From positions 1-35,763 of the IMG/VR virus record IMGVR_UViG_3300025635_000084: DNA of 35,763 nucleotides. One strand, 5' to 3'. The position numbers and the translations under genes are program-made. This DNA comes from a virus (Duplodnaviria > Caudoviricetes). This document shows, one piece after another, positions 9,357 through 19,207 of the stretch. Every line of letters starts with the position of its first letter. The first letter of the stretch is position 1. Under the pieces are notes generated by a model, which worked only from the letters and a program-made list of their open reading frames with translations, searched no databases and was not told where the DNA came from.

Positions 9357-10806
9357 TTATCTTTGCCCTCAGGTCTACACCAAAAGCCTTCTCGAATCCT
9401 CCCGCAATGGTCACCCGGACCCTGTGGAAGCGGGCGCTTCTGCGAATGTCGAAAGCCCCATCGTTGTTCATCGAGACCGAGGCATCGTAGGAAACCTCGT
9501 CCCTCTGGTTAGCTCGATAGCCGTGCTCCACCGTAATCGTGGAAGTAGGTCCTTCGATGATTGGGCGGGTCTGGTCAACGTAAGCAACACGCCCTGGTTG
9601 AGCGTCGAACTCCTTGGACTCCAGAACCGCTGTAAGGGGCGTTCCTTCAAACACGCCGGAGTTATTGGAGGAGTTAAAAGCCCCGATATTGATTCTGCCC
9701 GGAGCCCACACAGGGTCGTCCAGAGAAGCAGTGAGCGCGTCTAGACTTCCCGTAATCGCGTCCAGCCCGTCTAGTGTGTACCCAGGGCCCACATAAGCGT
9801 GCAGGGCGTTTGTTTCAATCTCCGCAATAGAGAAAGTTCCAGAAGGCCAGTGGTAAACCAGAATCTTATTGGGCTGCGGAACTTGAGCGTCCGCTCCTAC
9901 ATAAGACCAAAGGATAAGCGAGCGCCGGAGGTCTGCCGCGCTGCTCATGCGGTAATAGTAGTTCGGGTCTGCATCATTAAAGAACCAGCGCGCCACCTTC
10001 CCAGAACCAAGATTCTGCGACTGCTCTCCATCAAAGATGTAAATGTCATCGTTGGAGATATAGAACATGACGTTCCCAGCATCACACACAGAGCCAAAGG
10101 AAACAGCCCCACGCTTACGCTCTGCCGGATAAAAGCCAAAGGTTGTTGGAGGGCCTTCGCGCTCCATCCTGACAATGCCGCGCTCGAAGAATACGTTCCC
10201 TCTGTCTCCACCAAGGATGCGGACAATAGAGCCATAGTTTCCAGCAATCTGCTGGTAATCTGATTGCGTCGTTGGGCTTGGCGTCCATGCAGTTTCGTCG
10301 CCAAACCCAGACCATCGAACCGTTGTATCCGAATCTTCCGTATTCGCCAAAACCACGAAGTCACCAACTACCGCAATAGATGTAGCTTTAGTCGGGCTCC
10401 CTGAAAGATTGTCAAAGTTTGTTCCGCCCATCGTAATAACTTGGACTTCATCAACGCTGTTGGTCGCGATAACCTTATCGCCGAACTTGGCAAAGTCCCA
10501 GACAGTCTGAGCGCCTGAAGTATATGCACTTGCGGTTCTGGATACGTTCGTCCACCCAGTTCCGGAGAGGTTATAGAGCTTTGTCGCATCTCCCGCGTAG
10601 ATATACTCGTTGCCTGCGGTATCGGTGACGCTGATTGCTCCTCTAGCGTAGGCGCTTAGAGCTGTGTTTGAAGTCGTCTGAAGGCCATAGAAAGGCAAGA
10701 ACAAGTCTCCATTAGGAACCACGTTCTTAGCCGTAATGGAACCAGGATTAGCCAGACTTCTTTCATCTGGCAACCAAGCCCCGAAAGGAAGTCTCTGCGA
10801 GGGCAT
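9343..10806 (-). CDS. Putative tail nozzle/stabilization protein (beta-propeller-like)
   Basis: PFGAWLPD N-terminus, VRWSG, RSARFHR C-terminus; 487 aa, podoviral position. Confidence 0.65.
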   Translation of the reverse strand: MPSQRLPFGAWLPDERSLANPGSITAKNVVPNGDLFLPFYGLQTTSNTALSAYARGAISVTDTAGNEYIYAGDATKLYNLSGTGWTNVSRTASAYTSGAQTVWDFAKFGDKVIATNSVDEVQVITMGGTNFDNLSGSPTKATSIAVVGDFVVLANTEDSDTTVRWSGFGDETAWTPSPTTQSDYQQIAGNYGSIVRILGGDRGNVFFERGIVRMEREGPPTTFGFYPAERKRGAVSFGSVCDAGNVMFYISNDDIYIFDGEQSQNLGSGKVARWFFNDADPNYYYRMSSAADLRRSLILWSYVGADAQVPQPNKILVYHWPSGTFSIAEIETNALHAYVGPGYTLDGLDAITGSLDALTASLDDPVWAPGRINIGAFNSSNNSGVFEGTPLTAVLESKEFDAQPGRVAYVDQTRPIIEGPTSTITVEHGYRANQRDEVSYDASVSMNNDGAFDIRRSARFHRVRVTIAGGFEKAFGVDLRAKINGQR

Positions 10807-12803
10807 TAGGCAGCCACCGCCTTGATAACCGCGAAGTTAAACACCGGCTGCTCTGTCGTTGTTCCGCCAGTTGTAGCAAATGAGATACGGAACGAGCCCG
10901 CAGCTACCGCCGTGACGTGCATCATGTACAGGTCCGTCCCGCTCTTCTGGCTGAGGACAACCACGTCAGTTGCGGCCACCGTGCTATTGGTTACGGTAAA
11001 GCTTTGCCAAGTCGCAGTGCCTGCCGCAGAGACCAGCGTAATCGCGCCGTTCGTCTTGTTCAGCGTGACGCCTGTCGTTCTGCTGGTGGCCTGAGTAACT
11101 GCGCCACCCGTCCCTGTCCCGTAGCCAAGCCCGGCGGTGTCCTTGGTCATTGTGAATCCGGTATCGGCAACTCGGCAGACTTCGGCAGCAGTTGCCGCGT
11201 TGGCCGCAGCGCCGAATCGAATCGTTCCGCCTCCTGCTGTACCAACAGCAGAGCCTAAGATGTAAGCGCCAACTGCGGCGTTATCAAGGTCTGGACTGTA
11301 GAACTCGATTTTACCCATCGGCTGATTAGCCGCCGTCGTAGTATCCGCATCCGTAAATCGAATGACGTTTAGCGGAGCATCTCCAGTCAGCCCATTGTTG
11401 TTTGCTCGGATATCAAGCATTTGCTGAGGCGTCGTAAACGAAGTCCCGAGCGCAAGATACCCTTCTGGAGAAAGGGACATCTTAAGTGTTGAGCTTGTCG
11501 CAGAAGCAGAAGTGGTCGCAAAATTGATACGCGAAGGAATGGAAGTAGTAGCAACTGTCCCGGCTACTTGGGCAGAAATATATGCCCCTGAATTGAACGT
11601 TGGAGAGGCGTCATTGTCTGCGCCATTAAACTGAATAATCCCGAGATTATCTCCATCAGCTACCGCAGTAAGGGTTCCGACTGTTCCGCTTTTGCTCTTG
11701 TTAATAACGAAAGAGCCACAAAATGTGGCGGTATTATTCCAGTTAAAAATCTGAGAAGAGCTGGTCGCCGCAGTAGTTCCGTTAATTTGAGAAGAAGGAG
11801 TTACTGCCGTTGTAAAAACCTTACTGGAAATAGCGGTTGTATGCCCCTGAACTAACTGCCCCGCATTATTAACAATAAAAGGAGTGGAGTCAGGATTGGT
11901 GCTGTCCTCAATCTCTAGCGAGTTACCCGTGCCAAGCTGCGTGACGCGCAGAGCAGCGTTAGTGTTGTCGGTGACGCTGATTACTGTGCTGCCGCCAAAG
12001 TAATTAGGCGCATCTCCTGCGGCATAGAATTGATACCGACTAGTGCCAGAAGCAGCAATATTCGAGTAAAAACCGTAGTTATTCGTGGCCTGAGTAAAGG
12101 CGAGAAGCCCTCCTGCATAAAATCCATATTGATTCGTAATGGAGCCTGCCGTAACGGTAATTCCGGCTGTAGAAAAACTTGATGCTCCAGTAAGTCCAAC
12201 AGGGGTGCTATAAGTCCGGTTATCGTAAAAACCACTTGTAGTTAGCCCCATGTCCCCGGTTGTATGGAACTTTGAGGATTCAAGTCCGGCGCTTACGGTC
12301 ATTAGCCCAGTGCTGTTCGCAATGGTCGCAGAAGCAGTCCCGTCCTTGGCTTTTATGTTTGTGACTTCCAGCGTCGTGATATCGATCGCAGGAATAGCGG
12401 AAGCATTTAAAAGCTGGAACTGAGTCCCGTCGTAGACCACCGTATACATGAGTCCGGAGACAATTTCTCCGCCCGTCAAAGCCGCTCCGTTAAACTGAAC
12501 AGCCTTGGCCCCAAGAGAATCCACGTTAATCGTGGTGGCCCCGGTGTTCGTTCCGCCCGCCTTGAACGTGTATAGGTCGCCCTGGGCATAGGCTGTCATC
12601 GTTCGGCTTGCGGCCAAGGTAATCGTGTTGGTTCCTGCCGAGGTATTCACCCCGTCCGTGTCAGAGCGATACCGGCTGATAGCCGCCATGACCTCTCGGG
12701 CAGCATCATTGACGGTCGAAGGGGCCATGCCCTCCGGGAATCCGTTCGGCGGAGAGGCGTTATTGGAAGCGGCGGTATTCGACCAAGTTTGGATGTCACT
12801 CAT
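10806..12803 (-). CDS. Tail fibre protein
   Basis: FPEGMAPSTVNDAAREVMA N-terminal anchor, NTGATTINVD, Thr/Ser/Ala-rich beta sequence, VTQATSRTTGVTLNK C-terminal module; likely start ATG 12803. Confidence 0.75.
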   Translation of the reverse strand: MSDIQTWSNTAASNNASPPNGFPEGMAPSTVNDAAREVMAAISRYRSDTDGVNTSAGTNTITLAASRTMTAYAQGDLYTFKAGGTNTGATTINVDSLGAKAVQFNGAALTGGEIVSGLMYTVVYDGTQFQLLNASAIPAIDITTLEVTNIKAKDGTASATIANSTGLMTVSAGLESSKFHTTGDMGLTTSGFYDNRTYSTPVGLTGASSFSTAGITVTAGSITNQYGFYAGGLLAFTQATNNYGFYSNIAASGTSRYQFYAAGDAPNYFGGSTVISVTDNTNAALRVTQLGTGNSLEIEDSTNPDSTPFIVNNAGQLVQGHTTAISSKVFTTAVTPSSQINGTTAATSSSQIFNWNNTATFCGSFVINKSKSGTVGTLTAVADGDNLGIIQFNGADNDASPTFNSGAYISAQVAGTVATTSIPSRINFATTSASATSSTLKMSLSPEGYLALGTSFTTPQQMLDIRANNNGLTGDAPLNVIRFTDADTTTAANQPMGKIEFYSPDLDNAAVGAYILGSAVGTAGGGTIRFGAAANAATAAEVCRVADTGFTMTKDTAGLGYGTGTGGAVTQATSRTTGVTLNKTNGAITLVSAAGTATWQSFTVTNSTVAATDVVVLSQKSGTDLYMMHVTAVAAGSFRISFATTGGTTTEQPVFNFAVIKAVAA

Positions 12804-13449
12804 AGAATTTTCTCTGAAGCTGGATGGAGAGAGGCCCCTGCGACTGGTGGCCACGCAAATACTCAGCCGAGGCAAGCGCCGCAGCTTCCTTATACTGATT
12901 CGCCCACAATGCTGCTTCGTCCTCGGCCATCAGGTATCTGTTCGCCCAGAACATTGAGGCGGACAGGTAAACGTCGGGGAATTTGGTCAAAAGCCAATTT
13001 GTGGTGTTGGTATTGCTCAATGCCGACACGCCGGGGAAGTAGACTATTTCGTAGGCGTAAGAGTCGTCAGGTGCTACGTCAAACTCGAAAACATCCGACA
13101 TTGCGAAGAAGGCAGGCTTGCCGGTGCCCGAGCGTTGATACTGCCTCAGTTGCTCATCTGAGACATAGGTCAGGACAGCCGCAGGGTCCGCTGTCAGGGT
13201 AAAAGAGGTCAATTCTTGGAAGTCAGCCGGAAAGGCTAGGCTGTTCGTGCCGGAGGTTAGGCTTCCGGTCGTGCGGGTCTTGTTTCCCCGGACTCCGCCC
13301 ATGTTCCCGGCGGTGCGCGGTAGGGGAGGGCGCTTAAACATCGATTCCGCCAACTGGATGAAGTTAGCGGTCTGGGCTGTCGTCAGACTGGAGCGCGCAA
13401 GCCAGTCTGTTATGGCGCTTTGTAAGTCCGAATAAGTAGAGATTGCCAT
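12796..13449 (-). CDS. Head-tail adaptor protein
   Basis: MAISTYSDLQSAITDWLAR...FIQLAE and TTNWLLTKFPDVYL motifs of a common phage adaptor family. Confidence 0.75.
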   Translation of the reverse strand: MAISTYSDLQSAITDWLARSSLTTAQTANFIQLAESMFKRPPLPRTAGNMGGVRGNKTRTTGSLTSGTNSLAFPADFQELTSFTLTADPAAVLTYVSDEQLRQYQRSGTGKPAFFAMSDVFEFDVAPDDSYAYEIVYFPGVSALSNTNTTNWLLTKFPDVYLSASMFWANRYLMAEDEAALWANQYKEAAALASAEYLRGHQSQGPLSIQLQRKFYE

Positions 13450-13475
13450 CTCGGCCCCCTTTTGGTAGGCCTAGA

Positions 13476-14003
13476 TTATACCTTTTTTTTCCTCGCAGTA
13501 ACTCGCATGTCCCTAGCGGCTATGTGGGTCTTGGGCTCCTCTACCGCAATCAGCTCAAAGCCCAATTCCTCCAGAACGTCGGTTAGCTCAACCATGGACC
13601 AAGCCCATTTGTGGGTCATTTCCTCGCTTTCATAGTTAGGGTCTCCGTACATGGCCCACATAGTCATCCGGGCGTCGAATTGCTCTCCGTTCTGAACCCT
13701 GTCGAACATATATCCCAGAATCTTATCGAAGCAGGGCATTTCTAAGACAATCTTCCCGCCAGGTTTCAGCACCCGCATCCAGTCTTTCAGGATTCCCTCT
13801 ACCTTCCAGCGGTGGAAATGCTCTAGGACATGATAGGCATGGACCTCGTCTGCGTAGTCGTTTTCAAACGGCAGGCGCTCGCTGATGTCAGCCTCGAAAT
13901 CTGGCCTAATCCCTGACCAGTTGCTGGGAAGGTCCACATTGATGAAACCCGGCATCAACTTATGCCCGCAACCTAAATTAAGCCTGATAAGACCTTGTTC
14001 CAT
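13476..14003 (-). CDS. Class I SAM-dependent methyltransferase (Methyltransf_11-like)
   Basis: LNLGCG, HVLEH, RVLKPGG. Confidence 0.85.
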   Translation of the reverse strand: MEQGLIRLNLGCGHKLMPGFINVDLPSNWSGIRPDFEADISERLPFENDYADEVHAYHVLEHFHRWKVEGILKDWMRVLKPGGKIVLEMPCFDKILGYMFDRVQNGEQFDARMTMWAMYGDPNYESEEMTHKWAWSMVELTDVLEELGFELIAVEEPKTHIAARDMRVTARKKKV

Positions 14004-14770
14004 TTTTCCCCCACTGTTTTAGGGCTGAATCGCTCTCGGACGTATGCCTGCGCCTCTGCAATGCGGTCTGTAACGTCCAGCGTCATGGCCATTTCCAAGC
14101 CCTGAGCGATGTTCCCAACCCAGATTCCGGGAATCTCTCGATAGGCTGGAAGTTCGCCGCAAACAGGGAACCTTCCCGCCCGGATTGCTGTCACGGCTCG
14201 GTTGGCGCTCTTGCACTGCCTACGTCCTGTAGGAAGCAGCACAGCGCGACATCTACCTAGCTCCCTTACTAGGGCGTCAGGGCTCCACATTTCGCACCAC
14301 GGAGCTTCTATGTTCGTCAGAATGCGTAGCGGGTAACGGATGTCTTTATGTACGTTGTACAGGTCTGGCAGGTTGATTCGGTGGCCGAACCATAAAACCC
14401 CTTCACCCATGCCCGGCGGGCTCTCTGGGTGTTCGTAGGGGTCATCAATAACTATTGCATCCCTGCCTGTTTTGTCATGTATTAGGAGACGCATCGTCTC
14501 GCTATTACAGGTAACGACATCTGCCTTCTCGCAGGCTTCTAGGTAGTGCGGGCCTTTGTGTGGGTCGTCGAACCAGTCATCGCAGACATCAAAGACTACC
14601 TTTCGGTATTGATACCGCACGGCAGCATTCCAGCGCCAGTTGTGCTTCGAGCAGACAAGGATATCTGTCCCTTGCTTCCATCCGAACTTGGAAAGTTCCC
14701 TGAATGGGATGATGTTTCTTAGCCTTGTCGAGGCAATGGTTTCGTCGGTCTGTTGGAATGTGACGTTCAC
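13973..14770 (-). CDS. Putative glycosyltransferase (GT-B-like)
   Basis: ASTRLR, VVFDVCDD, VLWFG, KSANR motifs; GTG start 14770 overlaps the upstream stop. Confidence 0.6.
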   Translation of the reverse strand: MNVTFQQTDETIASTRLRNIIPFRELSKFGWKQGTDILVCSKHNWRWNAAVRYQYRKVVFDVCDDWFDDPHKGPHYLEACEKADVVTCNSETMRLLIHDKTGRDAIVIDDPYEHPESPPGMGEGVLWFGHRINLPDLYNVHKDIRYPLRILTNIEAPWCEMWSPDALVRELGRCRAVLLPTGRRQCKSANRAVTAIRAGRFPVCGELPAYREIPGIWVGNIAQGLEMAMTLDVTDRIAEAQAYVRERFSPKTVGEKWNKVLSGLI

Positions 14771-15414
14771 ATAACCCCCAGCTTTTTTAGCACTCCCTCC
14801 GCATGAACAGACTTGCCCATCAGCTCGATCCATGAGCAGGAGGCGTTCATGGACTTAAATTCTTCCTGCCATTCCTCGGCGTAGTCGCATCCTCGGACCT
14901 CAGCAAAATGAGGGACGCCCTGGGTGAAATGCACTAGCTTTGCTGGCGCTTTCTCCTCGTATCCAACACAGAAGTTCCACTCTTGCGGGATGTCTCCGAC
15001 GTTCTCGGCCCACTCGAAAGTGCTGGGTTTAGTGTTCTCGTCGTCGATGTATTCAGGGGTTAGTTTCTGGCAGAGGGCGTTATCAAAGACCATCAGAGAA
15101 GGCCATTCGAAACGCTGTTGGTGCTTTGCAACATAGACCTCGTGGTTACCGTCTACCAACCTCCCGAGTTCGTGAACATCTCCGAGGACCAGCATGTCGG
15201 AGTCCATGAATACGGAGATTCCTCGGTAATTACAGAGGAACGGGGGAAGGTATCGGGAGAAGGTGAAGTCTGTCAGCCCCCGCCTAGAGATGGGGAGCTG
15301 AGGAAGGACAAGGGGGATAATCTGAACGGGCTTAGAGGCTCGCCTGATTATCGACCACTGGAGGACGTTGTAGGAGACCGGAGAGCGCGGATCGATTCCG
15401 ATGAAGATACGCAT
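14767..15414 (-). CDS. Glycosyltransferase, GT-A (GT8-like nucleotide-diphospho-sugar transferase)
   Basis: IFIGIDPR, TDFTFSRY, DSD (DxD), EWNFCVG, VHFTQG. Confidence 0.8.
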   Translation of the reverse strand: MRIFIGIDPRSPVSYNVLQWSIIRRASKPVQIIPLVLPQLPISRRGLTDFTFSRYLPPFLCNYRGISVFMDSDMLVLGDVHELGRLVDGNHEVYVAKHQQRFEWPSLMVFDNALCQKLTPEYIDDENTKPSTFEWAENVGDIPQEWNFCVGYEEKAPAKLVHFTQGVPHFAEVRGCDYAEEWQEEFKSMNASCSWIELMGKSVHAEGVLKKLGVM

Positions 15415-16718
15415 TTCCTCAACCTTTCAATGATGTCGTTTATATAGTTATCGTGCCGGTTCAAGAACTGGACACTCTTATACCAAGGGGTCTGTTCGTG
15501 CCAGTGGGGCGTAGAATGCACCGCAACAATGGCAGGAACCCCCAGCGCACCGGCGGCATGGTAAGCCGTTGTCGGCACGCAGACCACCGCATCCAGACAA
15601 TCAATCAAGGCTATCGTGTCCTCATAGTTGTCTGTCTGGGTTCCCCACGGGAAGTCATGAATCGGGAAGCCCTCGGTGTCGCGCTCTTTATATTCCAAGC
15701 TGATGAAGTCCGCATCTACCGATTCAAAGATAGGCCGCCAGTCCTCAAGCTGGACATTCCGGCTGAACCATCCATGAGCCCCTGGCGTTCCTCCAGTCCA
15801 TGCAATCCCTACCTTCGGGCGCTTCCCTAAACTCCTCAGCAGAGCCGCCCACTGGAACCGTTTAGCAGGGTGAGGGGTAAGGTAAGGGGTTCCCGGAAAG
15901 TCTTTAACAGAACGCCTGTAGAACCGCTGTAGTTCGCTCATCGAGCATTGATAGTCGGCCTCTACCTTCCACTCGATTTCCTTCTGGAACTGCCCTCCGT
16001 AGACCTCAATTCTGGGAAAGGCTGCTTTAAATACACTTTCCAGCTTGGGGTGACAGACAAGCTGTTTGACGTTGGCATTCTTCAGGGTCGTGCAGAAGGC
16101 AATCTGGTCGCCTAAGCCCTGTTCTGCATAAACCAGAAGCCTGCCTTTCTGTCCCTCCCAATCTGGGAGGCCATAGTTCTGTTTCTCTCGAAACGCCTGA
16201 TGTCCCATTCCTCGGGCGTAAGCATCCCAGCCTTCTCCGTATCGCTGGGTATGCAGACAAGCAAAGCCAAGAGCCACATGGCCCTGCGGGTGCTCCTCCA
16301 AAGGAATTGCCTTGCGTGCATATTCCTCGGCCTCCTTAAATCGATAGTTCACCGCATGGGCAAACGCAATCGAACGCAGGACAGACGGATTGTCAGGCGC
16401 TAGCTCTTCTGCCCTCAGCATAGAATCTACTGGGGCCTTGTCAATCAGGGAGGCTTCGCACGTTCCTCGGACCAGCCAGCAACGCCAGTCATCAGGGGCT
16501 AGGGCTGTGAGTTTCTCGGCTACCGCTAGAGCAAGAGGGCTCTTCTCGGTATCAATAAGGATTTTCGACATGAGGAGCAATGCCTCAATGTCGTAGGGGT
16601 TCCGGGCCAACAGTTGCATAACCGTATGGCCGGAGAGTTGATAGTCCCCCCGGCCATAGGCTTTTTCCGCAACTTGTAGGTCTAGACTCGTCCCGTTCCC
16701 GTTCTCAGGTATCGCCAT
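15348..16718 (-). CDS. TPR-repeat protein fused to a GT9-like glycosyltransferase domain
   Basis: N-terminal TPR-like helices; EQGLGDQI, VGIAWTGG, DTIALIDCLDAVV, HAAGALG. Confidence 0.8.
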   Translation of the reverse strand: MAIPENGNGTSLDLQVAEKAYGRGDYQLSGHTVMQLLARNPYDIEALLLMSKILIDTEKSPLALAVAEKLTALAPDDWRCWLVRGTCEASLIDKAPVDSMLRAEELAPDNPSVLRSIAFAHAVNYRFKEAEEYARKAIPLEEHPQGHVALGFACLHTQRYGEGWDAYARGMGHQAFREKQNYGLPDWEGQKGRLLVYAEQGLGDQIAFCTTLKNANVKQLVCHPKLESVFKAAFPRIEVYGGQFQKEIEWKVEADYQCSMSELQRFYRRSVKDFPGTPYLTPHPAKRFQWAALLRSLGKRPKVGIAWTGGTPGAHGWFSRNVQLEDWRPIFESVDADFISLEYKERDTEGFPIHDFPWGTQTDNYEDTIALIDCLDAVVCVPTTAYHAAGALGVPAIVAVHSTPHWHEQTPWYKSVQFLNRHDNYINDIIERLRKCVSSSESIRALRSPTTSSSGR

Positions 16719-17038
16719 TCTGGGTCGTTCAAAAGTCGTTTAATACCGGGGGTGTGGTCTTTGTTAAAGACATCTACCCCGTAATCCTTTTTCCATTTCA
16801 GAATGACAGAGTTGGGGATTCTGGCGACATGCCACCACCCCTCCTTTATCCCTTTACGGGAATATTCGTTCAGGCCACCACCGCCCCCAACGTCATGCGT
16901 CTGGGTGCGTTTGTTGCCTTCCAGATAATCCGCAACGTCCTGTATCTCTTCGATGACCGTCTCTTTCGTCAGGTCATCGTAGTGATGAAATACAGAAGTA
17001 CGGGTTAGCGGGTCGTAATCAAGAAGCCTTTTTGCCAC
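16682..17038 (-). CDS. Hypothetical phage protein downstream of the capsid gene
   Basis: HVARIP...LNDPEWRYLRTG motif; likely GTG start at 17038. Confidence 0.65.
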   Translation of the reverse strand: MAKRLLDYDPLTRTSVFHHYDDLTKETVIEEIQDVADYLEGNKRTQTHDVGGGGGLNEYSRKGIKEGWWHVARIPNSVILKWKKDYGVDVFNKDHTPGIKRLLNDPEWRYLRTGTGRV

Positions 17039-17156
17039 GCTTTTGACATCCCTGGCCGTCAACTGGAACCATTTTAGACGCTTTATACGTCTTGGTGATT
17101 CCCTTTTTGCTGGCGGAGTTCCACTTAACCATCTTCTTCGCTTTTTCGTATGCCAT
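17019..17156 (-). CDS. Small Lys-rich protein (45 aa), not in ORF track
   Basis: GGAGG RBS then MAYEKAKKMVKWNSASKKGITKTYKASKMVPVDGQGCQKRGKKAS. Confidence 0.65.
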   Translation of the reverse strand: MAYEKAKKMVKWNSASKKGITKTYKASKMVPVDGQGCQKRGKKAS

Positions 17157-17166
17157 GTTGGCCTCC

Positions 17167-17193
17167 AAAAGGGGCGGGGGACGAACCCCCGCC
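17167..17193 (-). terminator. Intrinsic terminator/attenuator after the major capsid gene
   Basis: GGCGGGGG-TTCGT-CCCCCGCC stem-loop followed by CCTTTT. Confidence 0.75.
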
Positions 17194-17206
17194 AAGGTTG
17201 AGGTCC

Positions 17207-18172
17207 TTACGACGTGGTAACCGCGTAGACCTTCGCAGAGGCGCTCGGGTTATCAGCCACGAGGGTGCACTCGGCCAGAATCATGGAACGGTCGGAGTCG
17301 CCGGTCTTGGCAAGCTCGACATTCTGAATCGGTCGCAGGTAAGCGACAGACCAGTACTCGAGGTCAAGAGCGTAGACCTGGTTGGCAGGCATGAAGCGGT
17401 CCGCAACAATCTGGTGCTGGCCGAAGTCAGACACATAGATGTCGGCAGAGCCGATGATGGTCGCAGGCCCGGTCTGCTGATTGTCACGATACTGGGTCGC
17501 AATACCCGCAAACGCCGAGGCAATCTGCTTATTGAACGAACCAGTGAAAATGACATTCGGCGAACCGCCATTGTCCCAGCACTGCTTAATCGCAGACTTC
17601 AGCATTGCTTCGCTGAAGGTCGCCGCAGTACCGGAAGTCGGGGCAGTACCCGGAGCGCCGGAGGTGATGGTGGTGGTGGTCGCAGCGGTGCCGTTCTTCA
17701 CCTGATTAGTGAAGAGCCATGCAGCAACGCCAGCCATGACGCGCGCGGAGGCAGCAGCGCCAGCGGTCGCGGCCTGCGTCCCGAGGAACGTCGCTTCCAT
17801 GTCGCGCTTCAGCTCACGACCGCGCTTGGCAATCTGGTAGCTGAGTTCGTCACGGCGGCCAGCGGTGTCAGAAGCACGCAGGGTGCCCGAGACACGCGGA
17901 ACCTTGGTCAGAATCTGCGTATAGTTACCGAAGCGGCTGGTAGCCGTCGCGGTGTTCGTATTCGCATCGTCGCCTTCAACCTGCGCGTTGGTCGCAACAG
18001 CCGAATCAAGGCTGTCCGTCTGCCACTCGTGGAAGGTTGAGGTCGCCTTCTTACGGGTGACGTTGGACATAAAGGGGGTGTCCATTGGCGAGATATCATA
18101 GATGATATCTTCCAAGTCCTCGCGCATACCAACAGCGGCGTACCGCTGGAATGTGCCTGTCGGAACTGCCAT
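17207..18172 (-). CDS. Major capsid protein (DUF5309/SU10 MCP-like)
   Basis: REDLEDIIYDISPMDTPF, HEWQTDSL, ELKRDME, YVSDFG, LAKTGDS; strong codon bias, AGGAG RBS, terminator. Confidence 0.9.
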   Translation of the reverse strand: MAVPTGTFQRYAAVGMREDLEDIIYDISPMDTPFMSNVTRKKATSTFHEWQTDSLDSAVATNAQVEGDDANTNTATATSRFGNYTQILTKVPRVSGTLRASDTAGRRDELSYQIAKRGRELKRDMEATFLGTQAATAGAAASARVMAGVAAWLFTNQVKNGTAATTTTITSGAPGTAPTSGTAATFSEAMLKSAIKQCWDNGGSPNVIFTGSFNKQIASAFAGIATQYRDNQQTGPATIIGSADIYVSDFGQHQIVADRFMPANQVYALDLEYWSVAYLRPIQNVELAKTGDSDRSMILAECTLVADNPSASAKVYAVTTS

Positions 18173-18184
18173 TTCTCTGTCTCC

Positions 18185-19207
18185 TTACCCGATCATTCGG
18201 GAAATTAGTGCTGCTGCGTCTTTCATGTTTCCGCTCTTTGAGAGCTTGCCACGCAGTGCACGGGTCGTTTCTGTAGCCTGCTCATTCCTGGCTCCGCGAG
18301 CCCCCGGTGTGAGGGTCTTTTTGCCAAGTTTGAACACCTTGTTTTTTGCAACGGTAGTCTGCGATTTCGCAAGTCGCATGGCATCCCTCGCCAGAAGGAC
18401 CTCCCTATGCGCTTTGATGTTCGCGACGTACTGCGGGCTATACCCGCGAGACAAGAGGAACTGTGCAATCTCGGCCTTTTCGCGTGCCGCGACCTGCTGG
18501 TCCCTCCATTCCGGGATGGCTCTGTACAGTAATTCAGCCTCTCTACCCAGAAGCTCCCGCTCCTGAGAGGCCATGATTTGCGCCTGCTCCCGCTGCGCGT
18601 TTTCATACCGTACTGCCGCCTGCGCCCGTAGGTTCGCCAGTTCACTCTGACGTTCCTGATACTGCATTCTCAATGCAGCAAATTCTGCCGGATTGTTCTG
18701 TCGCAGCCAATCCCAGTTAATCTGGCCCATCTCCTGAAAGAACTGGTTCTCCACATATCCAAGCAGCTCTGCCGCTTGGTGTTCTTTCTGCTGAAGGGCT
18801 TGTGCAGCTTGCGTCCACTGCTGCTGAAGCTGTTGGCGTGCGTGCTCTACCTTGACCGATTCCGCTCGGAGCTTTTCCTGCTCTTTGTAAGCGTCCTTCA
18901 GCTGCTCAATGGTCGCCTGCTTCGGGCCATCTGGGGTATCCAGATTGACCTTCAGGGCGTATAGGTCAGAGGGGTCTGCATCGAGGTATTCAGCAAGCTG
19001 GTTCCACTCGTCGATGGTCATCTCATCGGCGGGCTCTTCCGATGCTTCCTGAGGAGCTTCCTGCGGGGCTTCCTGTGGGGCTTCGTAAGATGCTTCTACA
19101 GGCGCTTCCGAGGACGCCTCAATAGGCGCTTCCTCTCTCGGGCGCTCAGACTCAGGGGTTAGGTAGGCCGCAATTCGAGCCTCTGGGGTCGCTTGCTGTT
19201 CGCTCAT
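18185..19207 (-). CDS. Capsid scaffolding protein
   Basis: Acidic EAPQ repeats, coiled coil, IPEW, KSGNMKDAAALI C-terminus; between portal and capsid. Confidence 0.8.
   Translation of the reverse strand: MSEQQATPEARIAAYLTPESERPREEAPIEASSEAPVEASYEAPQEAPQEAPQEASEEPADEMTIDEWNQLAEYLDADPSDLYALKVNLDTPDGPKQATIEQLKDAYKEQEKLRAESVKVEHARQQLQQQWTQAAQALQQKEHQAAELLGYVENQFFQEMGQINWDWLRQNNPAEFAALRMQYQERQSELANLRAQAAVRYENAQREQAQIMASQERELLGREAELLYRAIPEWRDQQVAAREKAEIAQFLLSRGYSPQYVANIKAHREVLLARDAMRLAKSQTTVAKNKVFKLGKKTLTPGARGARNEQATETTRALRGKLSKSGNMKDAAALISRMIG

Noticed and set aside
17150-18040. 296-aa plus-strand ORF antisense to the capsid gene
   Set aside because: Shadow ORF expected from the strong codon bias of the capsid gene; Arg-rich with no motifs
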